64,000 nucleotides of DNA from Coprothermobacterota bacterium (GCA_036679065.1 JAZIGN010000003.1:512001-576000); one strand, 5' to 3'; shown: positions 27,133-36,830, counted from the first letter of the stretch. Program-made: numbers and translations. The notes: generated from the letters alone by a model not told the origin.

Positions 27133-27822
27133 ATGGCAGACGTAGAAATACAACTGAAGGGTGTACGAAAAGTCTATGGAAAAGGAGAAGCGGCTTTTGA
27201 GGCCCTCAAAGGTATTGATCTTGAAGTACAGAAAGGCGAGTACATTGCTATAACAGGGCGGTCTGGTTCTGGTAAATCTACACTTATGCATGTCATTGGT
27301 TGTCTGGACTCACTTACTGATGGAAAGTACTATCTGGAGGGGCAAGACGTATCTAAGCTCTCTGACGACGATTTAGCAAGGATCAGGAACAGAAAGATAG
27401 GTTTTGTTTTTCAGGCTTTTAACCTTTTACCCCATTTGAATCTCTTGGAACAGGTAATGGTTCCCATGTACTACGCTGGCATTACCGGCAACAAGGCAAA
27501 AAATAAAGCCATGGAAGCTTTGGACCGGGTAGGTCTATCTAGTAAATGGCATCGGCATGCTACACAGATCTCAGGAGGAGAAATGCAGAGAGTCGCCATT
27601 GCTAGAGCAATTGTCATGAATCCAGGACTCTTGCTTGCTGATGAGCCAACAGGTAATTTGGATACAGCTACATCGGATCAAGTGATGGATATTTTTCAGG
27701 AGCTAAACAAGAGTGGCAGCACCGTAGTGTTGGTTACACATGAAATGGATGTAGCATACAGAGCTAAGCGAATTGTCCATTTGAAGGATGGTTTAATCGA
27801 ATATGAGGAGTCGAAAGCATGA
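27133..27822 (+). CDS. ABC transporter ATP-binding subunit (MacB/YknY/LolD-like)
   Basis: GRSGSGKST, ISGGEMQRVAIARA, LLADEPTGNLD, VTHE. Confidence 0.95.
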   Translation: MADVEIQLKGVRKVYGKGEAAFEALKGIDLEVQKGEYIAITGRSGSGKSTLMHVIGCLDSLTDGKYYLEGQDVSKLSDDDLARIRNRKIGFVFQAFNLLPHLNLLEQVMVPMYYAGITGNKAKNKAMEALDRVGLSSKWHRHATQISGGEMQRVAIARAIVMNPGLLLADEPTGNLDTATSDQVMDIFQELNKSGSTVVLVTHEMDVAYRAKRIVHLKDGLIEYEESKA

Positions 27823-29042
27823 ACTTGTTGTTTAGGCAAGTTAAAGAAGCGTGGTTGAGCATATTAAGAGGGCGATTACGTTCGTTTCTAACGGTTCTTG
27901 GGGTTGTAATTGGCATTGCATCTGTGTTCACTATTCTGACATTGAGCGCTGGTGTGACAAGTACTGTGAACAGCGAACTTGGACGATTGGGAAGCGGTGT
28001 CCTTCAGCTGACAGTCAGTCCGGCTGCAGGAAATGTCAGTTTCACTGAGCTGGACATGCTGGCGCTAAGAAATGCATCACCGTCTGTGAAATCCATTGTG
28101 CCCATACAGAATTTAACTGGTTATTACAGCGTTGCCGGTCGGAGTGGTATCGCCATGGTTTTTGGCACTAACTCAGAGTACTTTGGTTCTTTCGGCTTAA
28201 CGTTGGATCAAGGGCAGCTATTTACTGATGCAAACGTTCGAAACGGTGATTTGGTAGCAGTGGTTGATAAAATGGCTTTACAACAAGGCATCCTGCCTTC
28301 CGATATAGTGGGCAAAAGGCTTCAGGTAAATGTTGGTGGAAATACGTTTTCTCTTCGAGTGCTAGGTGTGGTAAAGAGTGGAGTTAGCATTGGAGGAGGC
28401 AATGGGGCAACAGTTAGTGTAGGTATTGATGAAAGGAATATTCCTATTACCGTTTATGTACCCTATACCGCACTAAAGAATGCTGGTTTATCCACTGAAA
28501 TTACCAGTTTGGCTGTTTCGCTATCCTCTCAAGAAGAAGTTGAGCCTTTCGGTAAGTTGGCAGTGAACTTGTTAAACAACATTCACCACGTCCGTGGAGG
28601 ATTCCAGGCGACATCTTTGGTATCAGCTTTGGATGCTGTTAATAACATTCTTAATGTAATTAGCCTGGTTTTGTCGGTCATAGCTGGAATTTCTCTAGTA
28701 GTAGGTGGCATCGGTGTCATGAACATTATGTTGGTTTCAGTTACTGAGAGGACTCGTGAGATAGGCATACGTAAAGCGTTGGGAGCTAGAAGAAGGGACA
28801 TCCTAATTCAGTTTCTTATCGAGAGCCTTATTCTGACACTCAGTGGTGGTGTGATCGGCATAGCATTGGGCTGGGGACTCAGCTCTGCAGCTAGCAGTGC
28901 TGCATCGATACCCATGCTGGTAACTTGGCAGAATTTGTTACTCTCAGTGTCGTTTGCGCTTCTAGTTGGAGTGTTCTTCGGTATTTACCCGGCTTACAGG
29001 GCAAGCCTGTTGAACCCCGTAGAGGCATTGCGTTACGAGTAG
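27819..29042 (+). CDS. ABC permease, MacB/FtsX family (YknZ-like)
   Basis: RSFLTVLGVVIGIASV, GGIGVMNIMLVSVTERTREIGIRKALGA, YPAYRASLLNPVEALRYE. Confidence 0.95.
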   Translation: MNLLFRQVKEAWLSILRGRLRSFLTVLGVVIGIASVFTILTLSAGVTSTVNSELGRLGSGVLQLTVSPAAGNVSFTELDMLALRNASPSVKSIVPIQNLTGYYSVAGRSGIAMVFGTNSEYFGSFGLTLDQGQLFTDANVRNGDLVAVVDKMALQQGILPSDIVGKRLQVNVGGNTFSLRVLGVVKSGVSIGGGNGATVSVGIDERNIPITVYVPYTALKNAGLSTEITSLAVSLSSQEEVEPFGKLAVNLLNNIHHVRGGFQATSLVSALDAVNNILNVISLVLSVIAGISLVVGGIGVMNIMLVSVTERTREIGIRKALGARRRDILIQFLIESLILTLSGGVIGIALGWGLSSAASSAASIPMLVTWQNLLLSVSFALLVGVFFGIYPAYRASLLNPVEALRYE

Positions 29043-29093
29043 GCTGGTCGCAGTATGGTTGCGTATAACATGACGCCTTAGGGCGGACTTGTC

Positions 29094-29149
29094 AAAGGAA
29101 GAAAGATATCTTGGCTGCTTTCAGGCCGAGCTTTCTTCCTTTATTTTTC
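29094..29149 (+). terminator. Long hairpin with T-rich tail, likely terminator of the exporter operon
   Basis: AAAGGAAGAAAG (29094-29105) pairs with CTTTCTTCCTTT (29131-29142); inner CTTGGC/GCCGAG stem; followed by ATTTTTC. Confidence 0.65.
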
Positions 29150-29309
29150 TATATCATAGTGTTCTGTTTATCACTTTCTTTTTCAATGTTGCAGGTATCT
29201 GCTTGGTTCTTACTAATGCGTTTGAGAAATTGAAGTTCATCTTAGCTCCAGCTTGTGTTAAATTATTACCATAAGAATATTAAAAGGGAAGAAAGGGGAG
29301 GCGAAAATT

Positions 29310-29621
29310 TTGTCGCGTCGCATTCAAGAACATCCTATTCTCGAATTCCCCAGCACTAAAGAGGTTACCATCCTCTTTGAAGGGCGCCAGATAATTGCGC
29401 ATGAGGGCGACACTGTTGCTTCAGCGCTGATTGCAAACGGTATTGACGTTTTGCGAGAGAGTATGAACTTACATAGACCCAGAGGACTCTTTTGTGCTAT
29501 TGGAAACTGCAGTAGTTGTCTAATGGTTATCAATGGAGTTCCCAACACGAGGGCTTGTATTACCCCTGTGACCGAAGGTATGACTGTGGAGCGTCAACGT
29601 GATAAGGGGATGATGCCATGA
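29310..29621 (+). CDS. 2Fe-2S subunit of a proline/sarcosine dehydrogenase-like complex (HcnA/SoxA N-terminal-like)
   Basis: GDTVASAL, RPRGLFCAIGNCSSCLM..NG.PNTRAC. Confidence 0.88.
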   Translation: MSRRIQEHPILEFPSTKEVTILFEGRQIIAHEGDTVASALIANGIDVLRESMNLHRPRGLFCAIGNCSSCLMVINGVPNTRACITPVTEGMTVERQRDKGMMP

Positions 29622-30703
29622 TTCAAACAGACGTCATGGTAATAGGCGGTGGCCCGGCGGGTATGAACGCAGCATTGGCGGCAGCTGAGAGCGGGGCACA
29701 GGTCCTATTGGTTGATAAATTTCAGAAACTTGGTGGTCAATTGGTCAAGCAGACACACAAGTTTTTTGGTTGGGCCCAGCGAGGTGCTGGTACCCGTGGG
29801 TTTAACTTGGCGAAACAGCTCGCAGCTCAGGTGAATGCCCAACCAAACATTAAGACCTTGTTGGGGTACGAAGTAGTAGGCGCATACCCAGATCAGACGT
29901 ACTTGGCTGCTTCTTGGGAGGATCACGTAAAGATATCTGCCAAAAAAGTTGTTGTCTGCACGGGTGCTGCTGAGAGGATGATATTATTTGAAAACAATGA
30001 CATGCCTGGAGTAATGGGTGCAGGTGCGGTTCAAACCCTCATGAACGAGTATGGTGTGCTTCCAGGTGAAAATTTCCTCATCGTAGGCAGTGGAAATGTG
30101 GGCGTCATATTAGCCTACCAGTTGCTTCAGGCAGGAGCTAATGTGGATGCCATCATTGACGTATTACCCAAGCTTGGCGGTGCATACTGGGTACACGCTG
30201 CTAAGGTTCAAAGGTTAGGGGTACCCCTTTTGTTAAAGCGTACAGTACTTGGTGTCTATGGCAGTGACCATGTGGAAGAAGCCGTTACTGTTGAAGTTGG
30301 TGAGAACATGCAACCAATTCCTGGCAGCGAAATGCGTCACAAGGTTGATGTAGTGGCACTGGCGGTGGGATTAATGCCCATGGCGGATTTGTTCCAAATG
30401 CTTCAGGTTGAGACAGTTTATATTCCAGAGCTAGGTGGGTTTGTACCGTGGCATGACGAGTTGGGTCACACGACTAATCCAAGCATTTATGTTGCTGGAG
30501 ATGCAGGAGGTATTGAGGAAGCTACCACTGCAAGCTTAGCGGGAAGTATCGCTGGTTTAGTGGCTGCAAAGGAGCTTGGTTTTACAGTTAATGAAAACTG
30601 GATTGACGAATACCTACAGGCTCTTAGTAGTTTCAGGGAAAGCTCCCTAAGTAGAAAAGTGCTTGAGGGGATTGAACGCATGAGAGGTGATGGCAATGCT
30701 TGA
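29618..30703 (+). CDS. FAD/NAD(P)-binding alpha-like subunit of the proline/sarcosine dehydrogenase-like complex
   Basis: IGGGPAG, LGGQLVKQTHKFFG, TGAAER, NNDMPGVMGAGAVQTLMN, GSGNVG, VAGDAGGIEEA. Confidence 0.9.
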   Translation: MIQTDVMVIGGGPAGMNAALAAAESGAQVLLVDKFQKLGGQLVKQTHKFFGWAQRGAGTRGFNLAKQLAAQVNAQPNIKTLLGYEVVGAYPDQTYLAASWEDHVKISAKKVVVCTGAAERMILFENNDMPGVMGAGAVQTLMNEYGVLPGENFLIVGSGNVGVILAYQLLQAGANVDAIIDVLPKLGGAYWVHAAKVQRLGVPLLLKRTVLGVYGSDHVEEAVTVEVGENMQPIPGSEMRHKVDVVALAVGLMPMADLFQMLQVETVYIPELGGFVPWHDELGHTTNPSIYVAGDAGGIEEATTASLAGSIAGLVAAKELGFTVNENWIDEYLQALSSFRESSLSRKVLEGIERMRGDGNA

Positions 30704-31181
30704 GGTGGATGGTGTCCCCACTTTAGATGACGTCATGGGGAATTTCCCTAGTGAAGAACGCCTTCTTAAGGGATTTGTGGCTGTACATGAATGCTATCAA
30801 GATATACCTTGCAATCCATGTGTAGAATCTTGTCCCGTGCACGCAATTTCCATGGAAAAACTTACCTCACCGCCAGTGATCGATTTTGATAAATGCACTG
30901 GCTGTGGCAACTGTGTGGCTTCCTGCCCAGGGCTAGCCATATTCTTACTTTCTTTGAAGAATGGCGACGCACAGGTAACCATACCTTACGAGATGATTAA
31001 CGTTCCCGAAAAAGGAGAAAAAGTGGACGGTCTTGATCGATATGGAAAGAAAGTTTGTGATGCCCAGGTGGTTCGCGTAGTTAAACTTCCTTCTCTGGAT
31101 AAAACTAGCAAAACTACTTTGGTGACGCTGGAGATTCCGAGAGAACAGTTGCCTGTTGTGCGCTCCTTTAGAAGGAGATGA
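30696..31181 (+). CDS. 4Fe-4S ferredoxin-like subunit of the same complex
   Basis: ECYQDIPCNPCVESCP and CTGCGNCVASCPGLAIF. Start ATG 30696 after GAGGTGA. Confidence 0.88.
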   Translation: MLEVDGVPTLDDVMGNFPSEERLLKGFVAVHECYQDIPCNPCVESCPVHAISMEKLTSPPVIDFDKCTGCGNCVASCPGLAIFLLSLKNGDAQVTIPYEMINVPEKGEKVDGLDRYGKKVCDAQVVRVVKLPSLDKTSKTTLVTLEIPREQLPVVRSFRRR

Positions 31182-31187
31182 TTAGGG

Positions 31188-31469
31188 ATGAATGAAGAAA
31201 ACATCGTAGTTTGCAGATGTGAGGATATCACCCTCAGAGAACTTAGAGAAGCCATAAAGGAAGGTTATGACTCTTGGGATAAACTAAAACGTTATTTAAG
31301 AATCGGTATGGGCCCTTGTGGCGGCAAGACTTGCAGACTTCTAGTGCTTCGAGAATTGGCCATGGTGAAAAATGTGCCTATATCCAAGCTTTACGTGCGA
31401 AAAACCGTAGTTAGGCCTCCTATAAGAAGTGTACCTTTCAATGCCCTGGAGAAGGAGGCGAGCTTATGA
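31188..31469 (+). CDS. BFD-like 2Fe-2S subunit
   Basis: VCRCEDIT...LKR..RIGMGPCGGKTC...RPP. Confidence 0.9.
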   Translation: MNEENIVVCRCEDITLRELREAIKEGYDSWDKLKRYLRIGMGPCGGKTCRLLVLRELAMVKNVPISKLYVRKTVVRPPIRSVPFNALEKEASL

Positions 31470-32632
31470 CTTATGACGTGATCATAGTAGGTGGTGGCAT
31501 ACAAGGTGTAGCGACAGCGTATGAGTTAGCAAAAAGAGGTGCTGGCAAGATATTGCTTCTGGAGAAAACAATTCTAACTGGTGGGTCAACGGGTTCGTGT
31601 GCGGCTGGTATAAGAGCCCAGTTCGGCTCAGAATTCAACGTGCGCCTCATGGCACGAAGTTTGGAAATATTTGAACACATGGACGAAGAACTCGGTTACA
31701 GCAAAGAATATCTTGAGCTGTGGCAAGGTGGGTATTTAGTGTTGGCTTACTCGGAAAAAGAATTTGAAGGACTGAAACGTAATGCAGAGGTTCAGCATAG
31801 ATTCGGCCTGGATACAGCCATACTGTCTCCTGAAGAAGTTCAGAAAGATTTCCCGCGTGTCAACATAGATGGTGTAGTTGGAGCCACGTATCACAGCCGG
31901 GATGGTCATGCAGATCCGTTTCGTGTTACGTTTGCCTACGCAGAAGCTGCACGGAAGCTGGGAGTGGAGATAAGGGAATGGGCTCCTGTTTCAGAGATTC
32001 TTGTGGAGAATGGTAAAGTGCGTGGCGTGAAACTTCAAGACGGTTCTGAAGAGTACGCTGATAGAGTTTTAGTAACCGCTGGTGCCTGGACTACAGCGCT
32101 GCTTAAGACGGCTGGTGTAGACTTGCCTCTGTGGGGTGAAAAACACGAGATTCTGATAACAGAACCCTGGGAACGAGTACTTGGTCCCATGGTCATATCA
32201 TTCTCCCGGGGTTTTTACATACAGCAACGTCCTCATGGGTCATTTATCATGGGACTTCCTCCAGTAGATCCAGAGCATTGGTATGAGCCAGAAGCGTTTG
32301 ATTTTTCAAGTAGCATGGATTTCCTAATGCGGATGGCCAAGGAGGCAACGCATGTTCTTCCTTTCCTTCGGGGTGTGAACGTAGTAAGGCAATGGGCTGG
32401 TCTCTATGAGATGACTCCAGATCATCATCATGCCATTGGTCCCGTTGATGAGGTTGAAGGACTTTGGGTTGCAGCAGGTGGATCTGGCCATGGATTCATG
32501 TTCGGTCCTGCCATGGCGGAGCAGCTTAGCAAATGGATGACTGGTAGCTCCATGGATATTGACCTAACGCCTTTGGCTCCTGGACGCTTTAAGAAAGGCG
32601 CTCTTGTTGTGGAACCTGCAGTGGTTGGATGA
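31466..32632 (+). CDS. FAD-dependent catalytic subunit (DAO family; proline dehydrogenase/sarcosine oxidase beta-like)
   Basis: VGGGIQG, GSTGSCAAGIRAQF, DGHADP, RQWAGLYEMTPD, SGHGFMFGPA. Confidence 0.92.
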   Translation: MTYDVIIVGGGIQGVATAYELAKRGAGKILLLEKTILTGGSTGSCAAGIRAQFGSEFNVRLMARSLEIFEHMDEELGYSKEYLELWQGGYLVLAYSEKEFEGLKRNAEVQHRFGLDTAILSPEEVQKDFPRVNIDGVVGATYHSRDGHADPFRVTFAYAEAARKLGVEIREWAPVSEILVENGKVRGVKLQDGSEEYADRVLVTAGAWTTALLKTAGVDLPLWGEKHEILITEPWERVLGPMVISFSRGFYIQQRPHGSFIMGLPPVDPEHWYEPEAFDFSSSMDFLMRMAKEATHVLPFLRGVNVVRQWAGLYEMTPDHHHAIGPVDEVEGLWVAAGGSGHGFMFGPAMAEQLSKWMTGSSMDIDLTPLAPGRFKKGALVVEPAVVG

Positions 32633-32827
32633 ATGAAACACATTTAACCAATCAATAGGTTACGTCTGACTCTGGATTAAGCGGTAAGTTTTTTTGTCTT
32701 TTAGGAAGGCTGCTACGTCATAGATGGTTTATCTGTGTTCTATGGGTTGTTTTTTTTGTAGCGTTGTATAATCTAAAGCAGTCGTTTTGTGTTGAGCGAA
32801 CTTCAAGACGCGGAGGTGTTTAGTAAA

Positions 32828-33325
32828 GTGCGAAAACTAGTCGCCATATTGGTTTTAGTTATAGCTGTGGCAGTTCCATTGGCTGGCTGCACTAACAGCA
32901 GCCAAGGTGACAATGGCAATGCCCAGGTTACCTATAAGATGAGGATTTACGGGACAGAGTCGTGCCCATATTGCCAGCGAATGAAAGATTTATCCATCGA
33001 AATTTTTGGTGCAACCAATACCATTTTTGCGGAGATTAACCCTGCCATTACTGGAACGGAAGCCAATCTGCAAAAGTTTTGTATACTTGGGTCAGTTTTA
33101 GCTGCTGGAGATTGTAGTGCTCCTACTCCCATAGTGGTACTTACTGATGGAGAAGATCATTTACTGGCTCTGTGGATAGGTTATGTGGAAAAAAGTGAGC
33201 TGCAAAAGATTCTGGACAATACGTCTGTGGATAGACCTCTATACTGGCCATACAATTCGGAGGGCTTCATACCTTTGACAGAAGATAAAGCCAATAAGGT
33301 AAGGGAAACACTTGGTTTAAAGTGA
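32828..33325 (+). CDS. Thioredoxin/glutaredoxin-fold lipoprotein (CPYC)
   Basis: GTG 32828 after GGAGGTG; lipobox LAGC; YGTESCPYC; cis-Pro-like PTP. Confidence 0.75.
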   Translation: MRKLVAILVLVIAVAVPLAGCTNSSQGDNGNAQVTYKMRIYGTESCPYCQRMKDLSIEIFGATNTIFAEINPAITGTEANLQKFCILGSVLAAGDCSAPTPIVVLTDGEDHLLALWIGYVEKSELQKILDNTSVDRPLYWPYNSEGFIPLTEDKANKVRETLGLK

Positions 33326-33433
33326 TACTCTTGGTCGCTACATAGAGCCTTTTTTTAGCAGAAAAGGGTATTGAGCTGCTACTGTGGAGAATCATCGGTA
33401 CTCGCAGCTGACGGCAGGTTAATTCTTCTTTTG

Positions 33434-33802
33434 TTACTGAATAACTAGTTCTCCATTTAGTCTTTTGGAAATGGGTAGCCCTTCTAGCGCACTGTTGGGA
33501 ATGAGATCCCAAGGATAAATTATGTCGTTTTCGCTACTTTTGACTGTCTTCCTTACGCACGAATGACTGAATGATAAGTCCTCCAAGTAAAGTTGCAGCT
33601 CTTTCGCGTTTGCAAGCTCCATAATAGATTTAGCTACTAAGCGCTGTTGACTCTTTGGTGTAATGATGACAAGGCAGTCATCTTTTTTAAGAAATAGCAC
33701 GTGATCCAAATCAATACACAAAATAGGTTTCAACCTAAATATGGCAACGTTCTCTAAAAGCTCGAAACTGTACTCTGAGGGATACCATATTGGTTTTTCC
33801 AT
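33434..33802 (-). CDS. Hypothetical protein (122 aa)
   Basis: ORF fills the gap between genes; start MEKPIWYP at 33802 has TATTAT 6 nt upstream; no motif recognised. Confidence 0.5.
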   Translation of the reverse strand: MEKPIWYPSEYSFELLENVAIFRLKPILCIDLDHVLFLKKDDCLVIITPKSQQRLVAKSIMELANAKELQLYLEDLSFSHSCVRKTVKSSENDIIYPWDLIPNSALEGLPISKRLNGELVIQ

Positions 33803-33819
33803 AATACAATAATACATGT
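33803..33819. promoter_or_regulatory. Candidate bidirectional promoter (shared -10) for two leaderless genes
   Basis: 17-bp gap. Plus AATAAT 33808-33813 and minus TATTAT 33814-33809 are each 6 nt from an ATG. Confidence 0.5.
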
Positions 33820-35256
33820 ATGATGACACAGTACCATTACTTGCCTCGCAAGAAGAAAAAAGCCAAATTTCCTTGGTTTTTGTTATGGATTTTGCTTTTA
33901 GCAGTTGTAGCTCTTTATTTCCTCACCCCCTGGAAGATTAACGTATTAAACGAACTCGTTGTGGTGCCTGTTGTAGAAGGGGTACAGAAGAATTACCAGG
34001 CTTCTCTCAGAATCGGTGTGAACAAGCCAGGCTTGGTAAGCGTAACCCTAATTGACCAAAGTACGAGTTCCACTGCTACGGTGAGTCGTGATGTGTTCTT
34101 CGTTTGGAATCATAAGGATGTCACTGTTCCTTTTACCGTTGATAAGCCATGTACATTAAAAGCCAACGTGGCCTTTTTGCGTACTAGCACGATAATTGAT
34201 GTGGGACTGGGTGTGTCCTTGAAGGATGTTTACGTGATGGGTTCCTACTATCAGGGAAAAGTAAACCTGTATGAGAGGCCCGAAGGGTATCCCACATTCA
34301 AAGTAGTGGGAACTGCCACAGCAGAGGATGGCTTTATTCCGCTTACCATTTTAAAGAATTATGGTTTTGAAGTGCAAGGGGACGCAACTTCCATTTCTTG
34401 GGATTTGGATTCACAGATAAAAGTTACTTTGGATGTTCAAGCAAGGCAAATGCGTTTTTCATCAAGAAAATATAATGATTTGTATTACGCCTTACCACTG
34501 AGTGGAACTTTTGAAATAAACAAGAATGGAGCTGTTAAAGGAGAAGGAGTAGTTATACCCCTGCCAGAGCAGGTTACTTCCGCTCTTGGAGCTAGGACAT
34601 ATCCTCAAGTTGGTCTTGTTTTACATCGCGGATATTTTACCGTTGAAGATAGTCCAGTACAAATCTTCGAATACATCGATAAGTTTGGCACCTATCTTCT
34701 GGACAAAGCTACTTTTGACAAAGACGCTCGTGCTCGTGAAGTTTACGCGCATGTGAATACATTGAAATTAGAAATAGAGGAATTGAGCAAAGAGTTTTCT
34801 CAAGTCTGGCTTAAAGACCGAAAGGATACGGAGGCACTCTTAGCTCAATTTGTTTCTCCAAATGATAGGACATGCGACCTTATCTCACCCATTCCGAACC
34901 CCATTGTCACATCCTATTTTGGTGAACGGGAGCATCCTCTATTAGGCACCACTGTGCTTCACAGTGGCATCGACATATTGGCCATGGCTGGCTACCCTGC
35001 CCGAGCAGCTGCCGATGGCCAGGTGGTTTACACGGGCTACAGAACTCAATGGGGGTATTTTGCTGTGCTCAAGCATTCAGGGTGTGCTACCGTATATGCT
35101 CACTTGCTTAGACTACCGCAAAAACAGGAATACACTCAAGGAGAGGTTTTTGCATATACAGGAGCATCAGGTTTTGTTACTGGTCCCCATTTGCACTTCG
35201 AGGTAAGGATTGGTGGCAAACCAATGGACCCAAGGCCGTTCATTGGTATCAAATAA
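33820..35256 (+). CDS. Membrane-anchored M23 metallopeptidase
   Basis: N-terminal TM; HSGID (HxxxD), YAHL, TGPHLHFEVR, PMDP. Confidence 0.9.
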   Translation: MMTQYHYLPRKKKKAKFPWFLLWILLLAVVALYFLTPWKINVLNELVVVPVVEGVQKNYQASLRIGVNKPGLVSVTLIDQSTSSTATVSRDVFFVWNHKDVTVPFTVDKPCTLKANVAFLRTSTIIDVGLGVSLKDVYVMGSYYQGKVNLYERPEGYPTFKVVGTATAEDGFIPLTILKNYGFEVQGDATSISWDLDSQIKVTLDVQARQMRFSSRKYNDLYYALPLSGTFEINKNGAVKGEGVVIPLPEQVTSALGARTYPQVGLVLHRGYFTVEDSPVQIFEYIDKFGTYLLDKATFDKDARAREVYAHVNTLKLEIEELSKEFSQVWLKDRKDTEALLAQFVSPNDRTCDLISPIPNPIVTSYFGEREHPLLGTTVLHSGIDILAMAGYPARAAADGQVVYTGYRTQWGYFAVLKHSGCATVYAHLLRLPQKQEYTQGEVFAYTGASGFVTGPHLHFEVRIGGKPMDPRPFIGIK

Positions 35257-35270
35257 TGGGAGGGATGCAT

Positions 35271-36770
35271 ATGGGTTTTGAAGAGAAGATGCAGGAGATC
35301 AAAGGTTATCTGAGGCGCATCGAACTTTTGGGCAACGCTATGGGGGTCTTAAACTGGGATCTCGAAGTTAATGTTCCTCCTGGAGGAGTAAAGGGTAGGG
35401 CAGAAGTACTAGGCTACTTATCAGGAGAGATGTACAAATTAATAACTGCACCCGAAGCTGGAGAGTATATTGCATGGCTTGAGCAGCAAAATCTCACCGA
35501 TCCAGTTCATAAGGGCATGTTGCGCGAAATGAAGAAAAGTTACGAGCGTCTGGTAAAAATCCCTGCTGACAGGTTCGTGGCTTTCTCACGACTTACCTCG
35601 GAAGCGCAAGCGGTGTGGGCTGAGTCTAGAAGAAGAAATGACTATGAAATGTTCAAACCATACCTTAAGCAAATTATGGATTTTGAAAAAGAATTTGTCG
35701 GTTACCTGGGATACAAACAGAACAAATACGACACATTGCTGGATCAATATGAGCCAGACATGACTACAGCTGTCTTGGACAAGGTTTTTGGCGACCTCAG
35801 GGATAAATTGGTAGAGCTGCTTACTGAGCTAAGGGAACGGGGTAAAGCGCCCAATAACGACTTCTTGAAAGGGCATTATCCAGCAGATAAACAAAAGGCA
35901 TTGAATAGGGAAGTCCTAAAGCTTATGGGATTCGATTTTAATCGAGGCAGAGTAGACATAAGCGCTCATCCGTTCACCACGTCTTTCTTCAACGGGGATG
36001 TGCGTATAACTAACCGCTACGATGAAGAGTATTTCTTGTCTTCATTCTTCAGTGCCATGCACGAGGGAGGTCACGCTCTGTACGAACAAGACATTTCTGA
36101 CGAACTTTATGGTACGGGACTCGCTACTGGAGTTTCTATGGGTATTCATGAATCGCAGAGCAGGTTCTACGAGAACATGATTGGTCGGAGTAAGGGCTTC
36201 TGGGAATATTTCTTCCCAACGGTGGTTAAAGAGTTTCCGAATCTTTCTAGTGCCAGACCTGAAGACATGTACAAGGCAGTGAACACTGTGGAGCCTTCGC
36301 TCATACGCACAGAAGCAGATGAGCTGACCTATGCCATGCATATCATAATTCGGTATGAAATGGAGAAGGCATTCATAAATGACGAAATCACTGTAGATGA
36401 AGCTCCCGAAGTGTGGAATGAAAAGTATGAGAAGTATTTAGGCATACGTCCAAAGGACTACAGTAGCGGCATACTTCAAGATACACACTGGTCTGGTGGC
36501 ATGGTAGGATACTTCCCATCCTATGCATTAGGCAACCTCTATGCGGCACAGTTCCTCAATGCAATGAAGAAGGATATGGATGTGGAAGAGCTGCTCAGAG
36601 AAGGGAATTTAGAACCTATTCACCAGTGGCTAAAAGACAAAGTGCACAAACATGGTGCTGTCTACACACCTTCTGAGTTAGTAGAAATGGTTACAGGGGA
36701 GCCACTTAACCCTCAGTATTTTGTAGATTACTTAGCAGCTAAGCTTAGAACTGTTTACAACATAGATTGA
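35271..36770 (+). CDS. Thermostable carboxypeptidase, family M32
   Basis: HPF, DVRIT, HEGGHALYEQ, HESQSRFYEN, IRTEADE, GYFPSYALG. Start 35271 after GGAGGG. Confidence 0.96.
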   Translation: MGFEEKMQEIKGYLRRIELLGNAMGVLNWDLEVNVPPGGVKGRAEVLGYLSGEMYKLITAPEAGEYIAWLEQQNLTDPVHKGMLREMKKSYERLVKIPADRFVAFSRLTSEAQAVWAESRRRNDYEMFKPYLKQIMDFEKEFVGYLGYKQNKYDTLLDQYEPDMTTAVLDKVFGDLRDKLVELLTELRERGKAPNNDFLKGHYPADKQKALNREVLKLMGFDFNRGRVDISAHPFTTSFFNGDVRITNRYDEEYFLSSFFSAMHEGGHALYEQDISDELYGTGLATGVSMGIHESQSRFYENMIGRSKGFWEYFFPTVVKEFPNLSSARPEDMYKAVNTVEPSLIRTEADELTYAMHIIIRYEMEKAFINDEITVDEAPEVWNEKYEKYLGIRPKDYSSGILQDTHWSGGMVGYFPSYALGNLYAAQFLNAMKKDMDVEELLREGNLEPIHQWLKDKVHKHGAVYTPSELVEMVTGEPLNPQYFVDYLAAKLRTVYNID

Positions 36771-36781
36771 GGAGCAAAAAG

Positions 36782-36830
36782 GGCGGGGCTTTTGAGTAGT
36801 ACTGCTGTAGCGTCTACTTTGAGCCCCGCC
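36782..36830. terminator. Hairpin between convergent genes (terminator, best for the minus strand)
   Basis: GGCGGGGCT...AGCCCCGCC stem with inner AGTAG/CTACT; AAAAA on the left flank. Confidence 0.7.

Noticed and set aside
29089..29274. 61-aa hydrophobic ORF in the intergenic region
   Set aside because: TTG start with no convincing RBS; it runs through the terminator hairpin, and its hydrophobicity is explained by T-rich DNA.
33346..33409. Two fold-backs between convergent genes as a possible ncRNA
   Set aside because: Adequately explained as terminator-type structures; no family features recognised.
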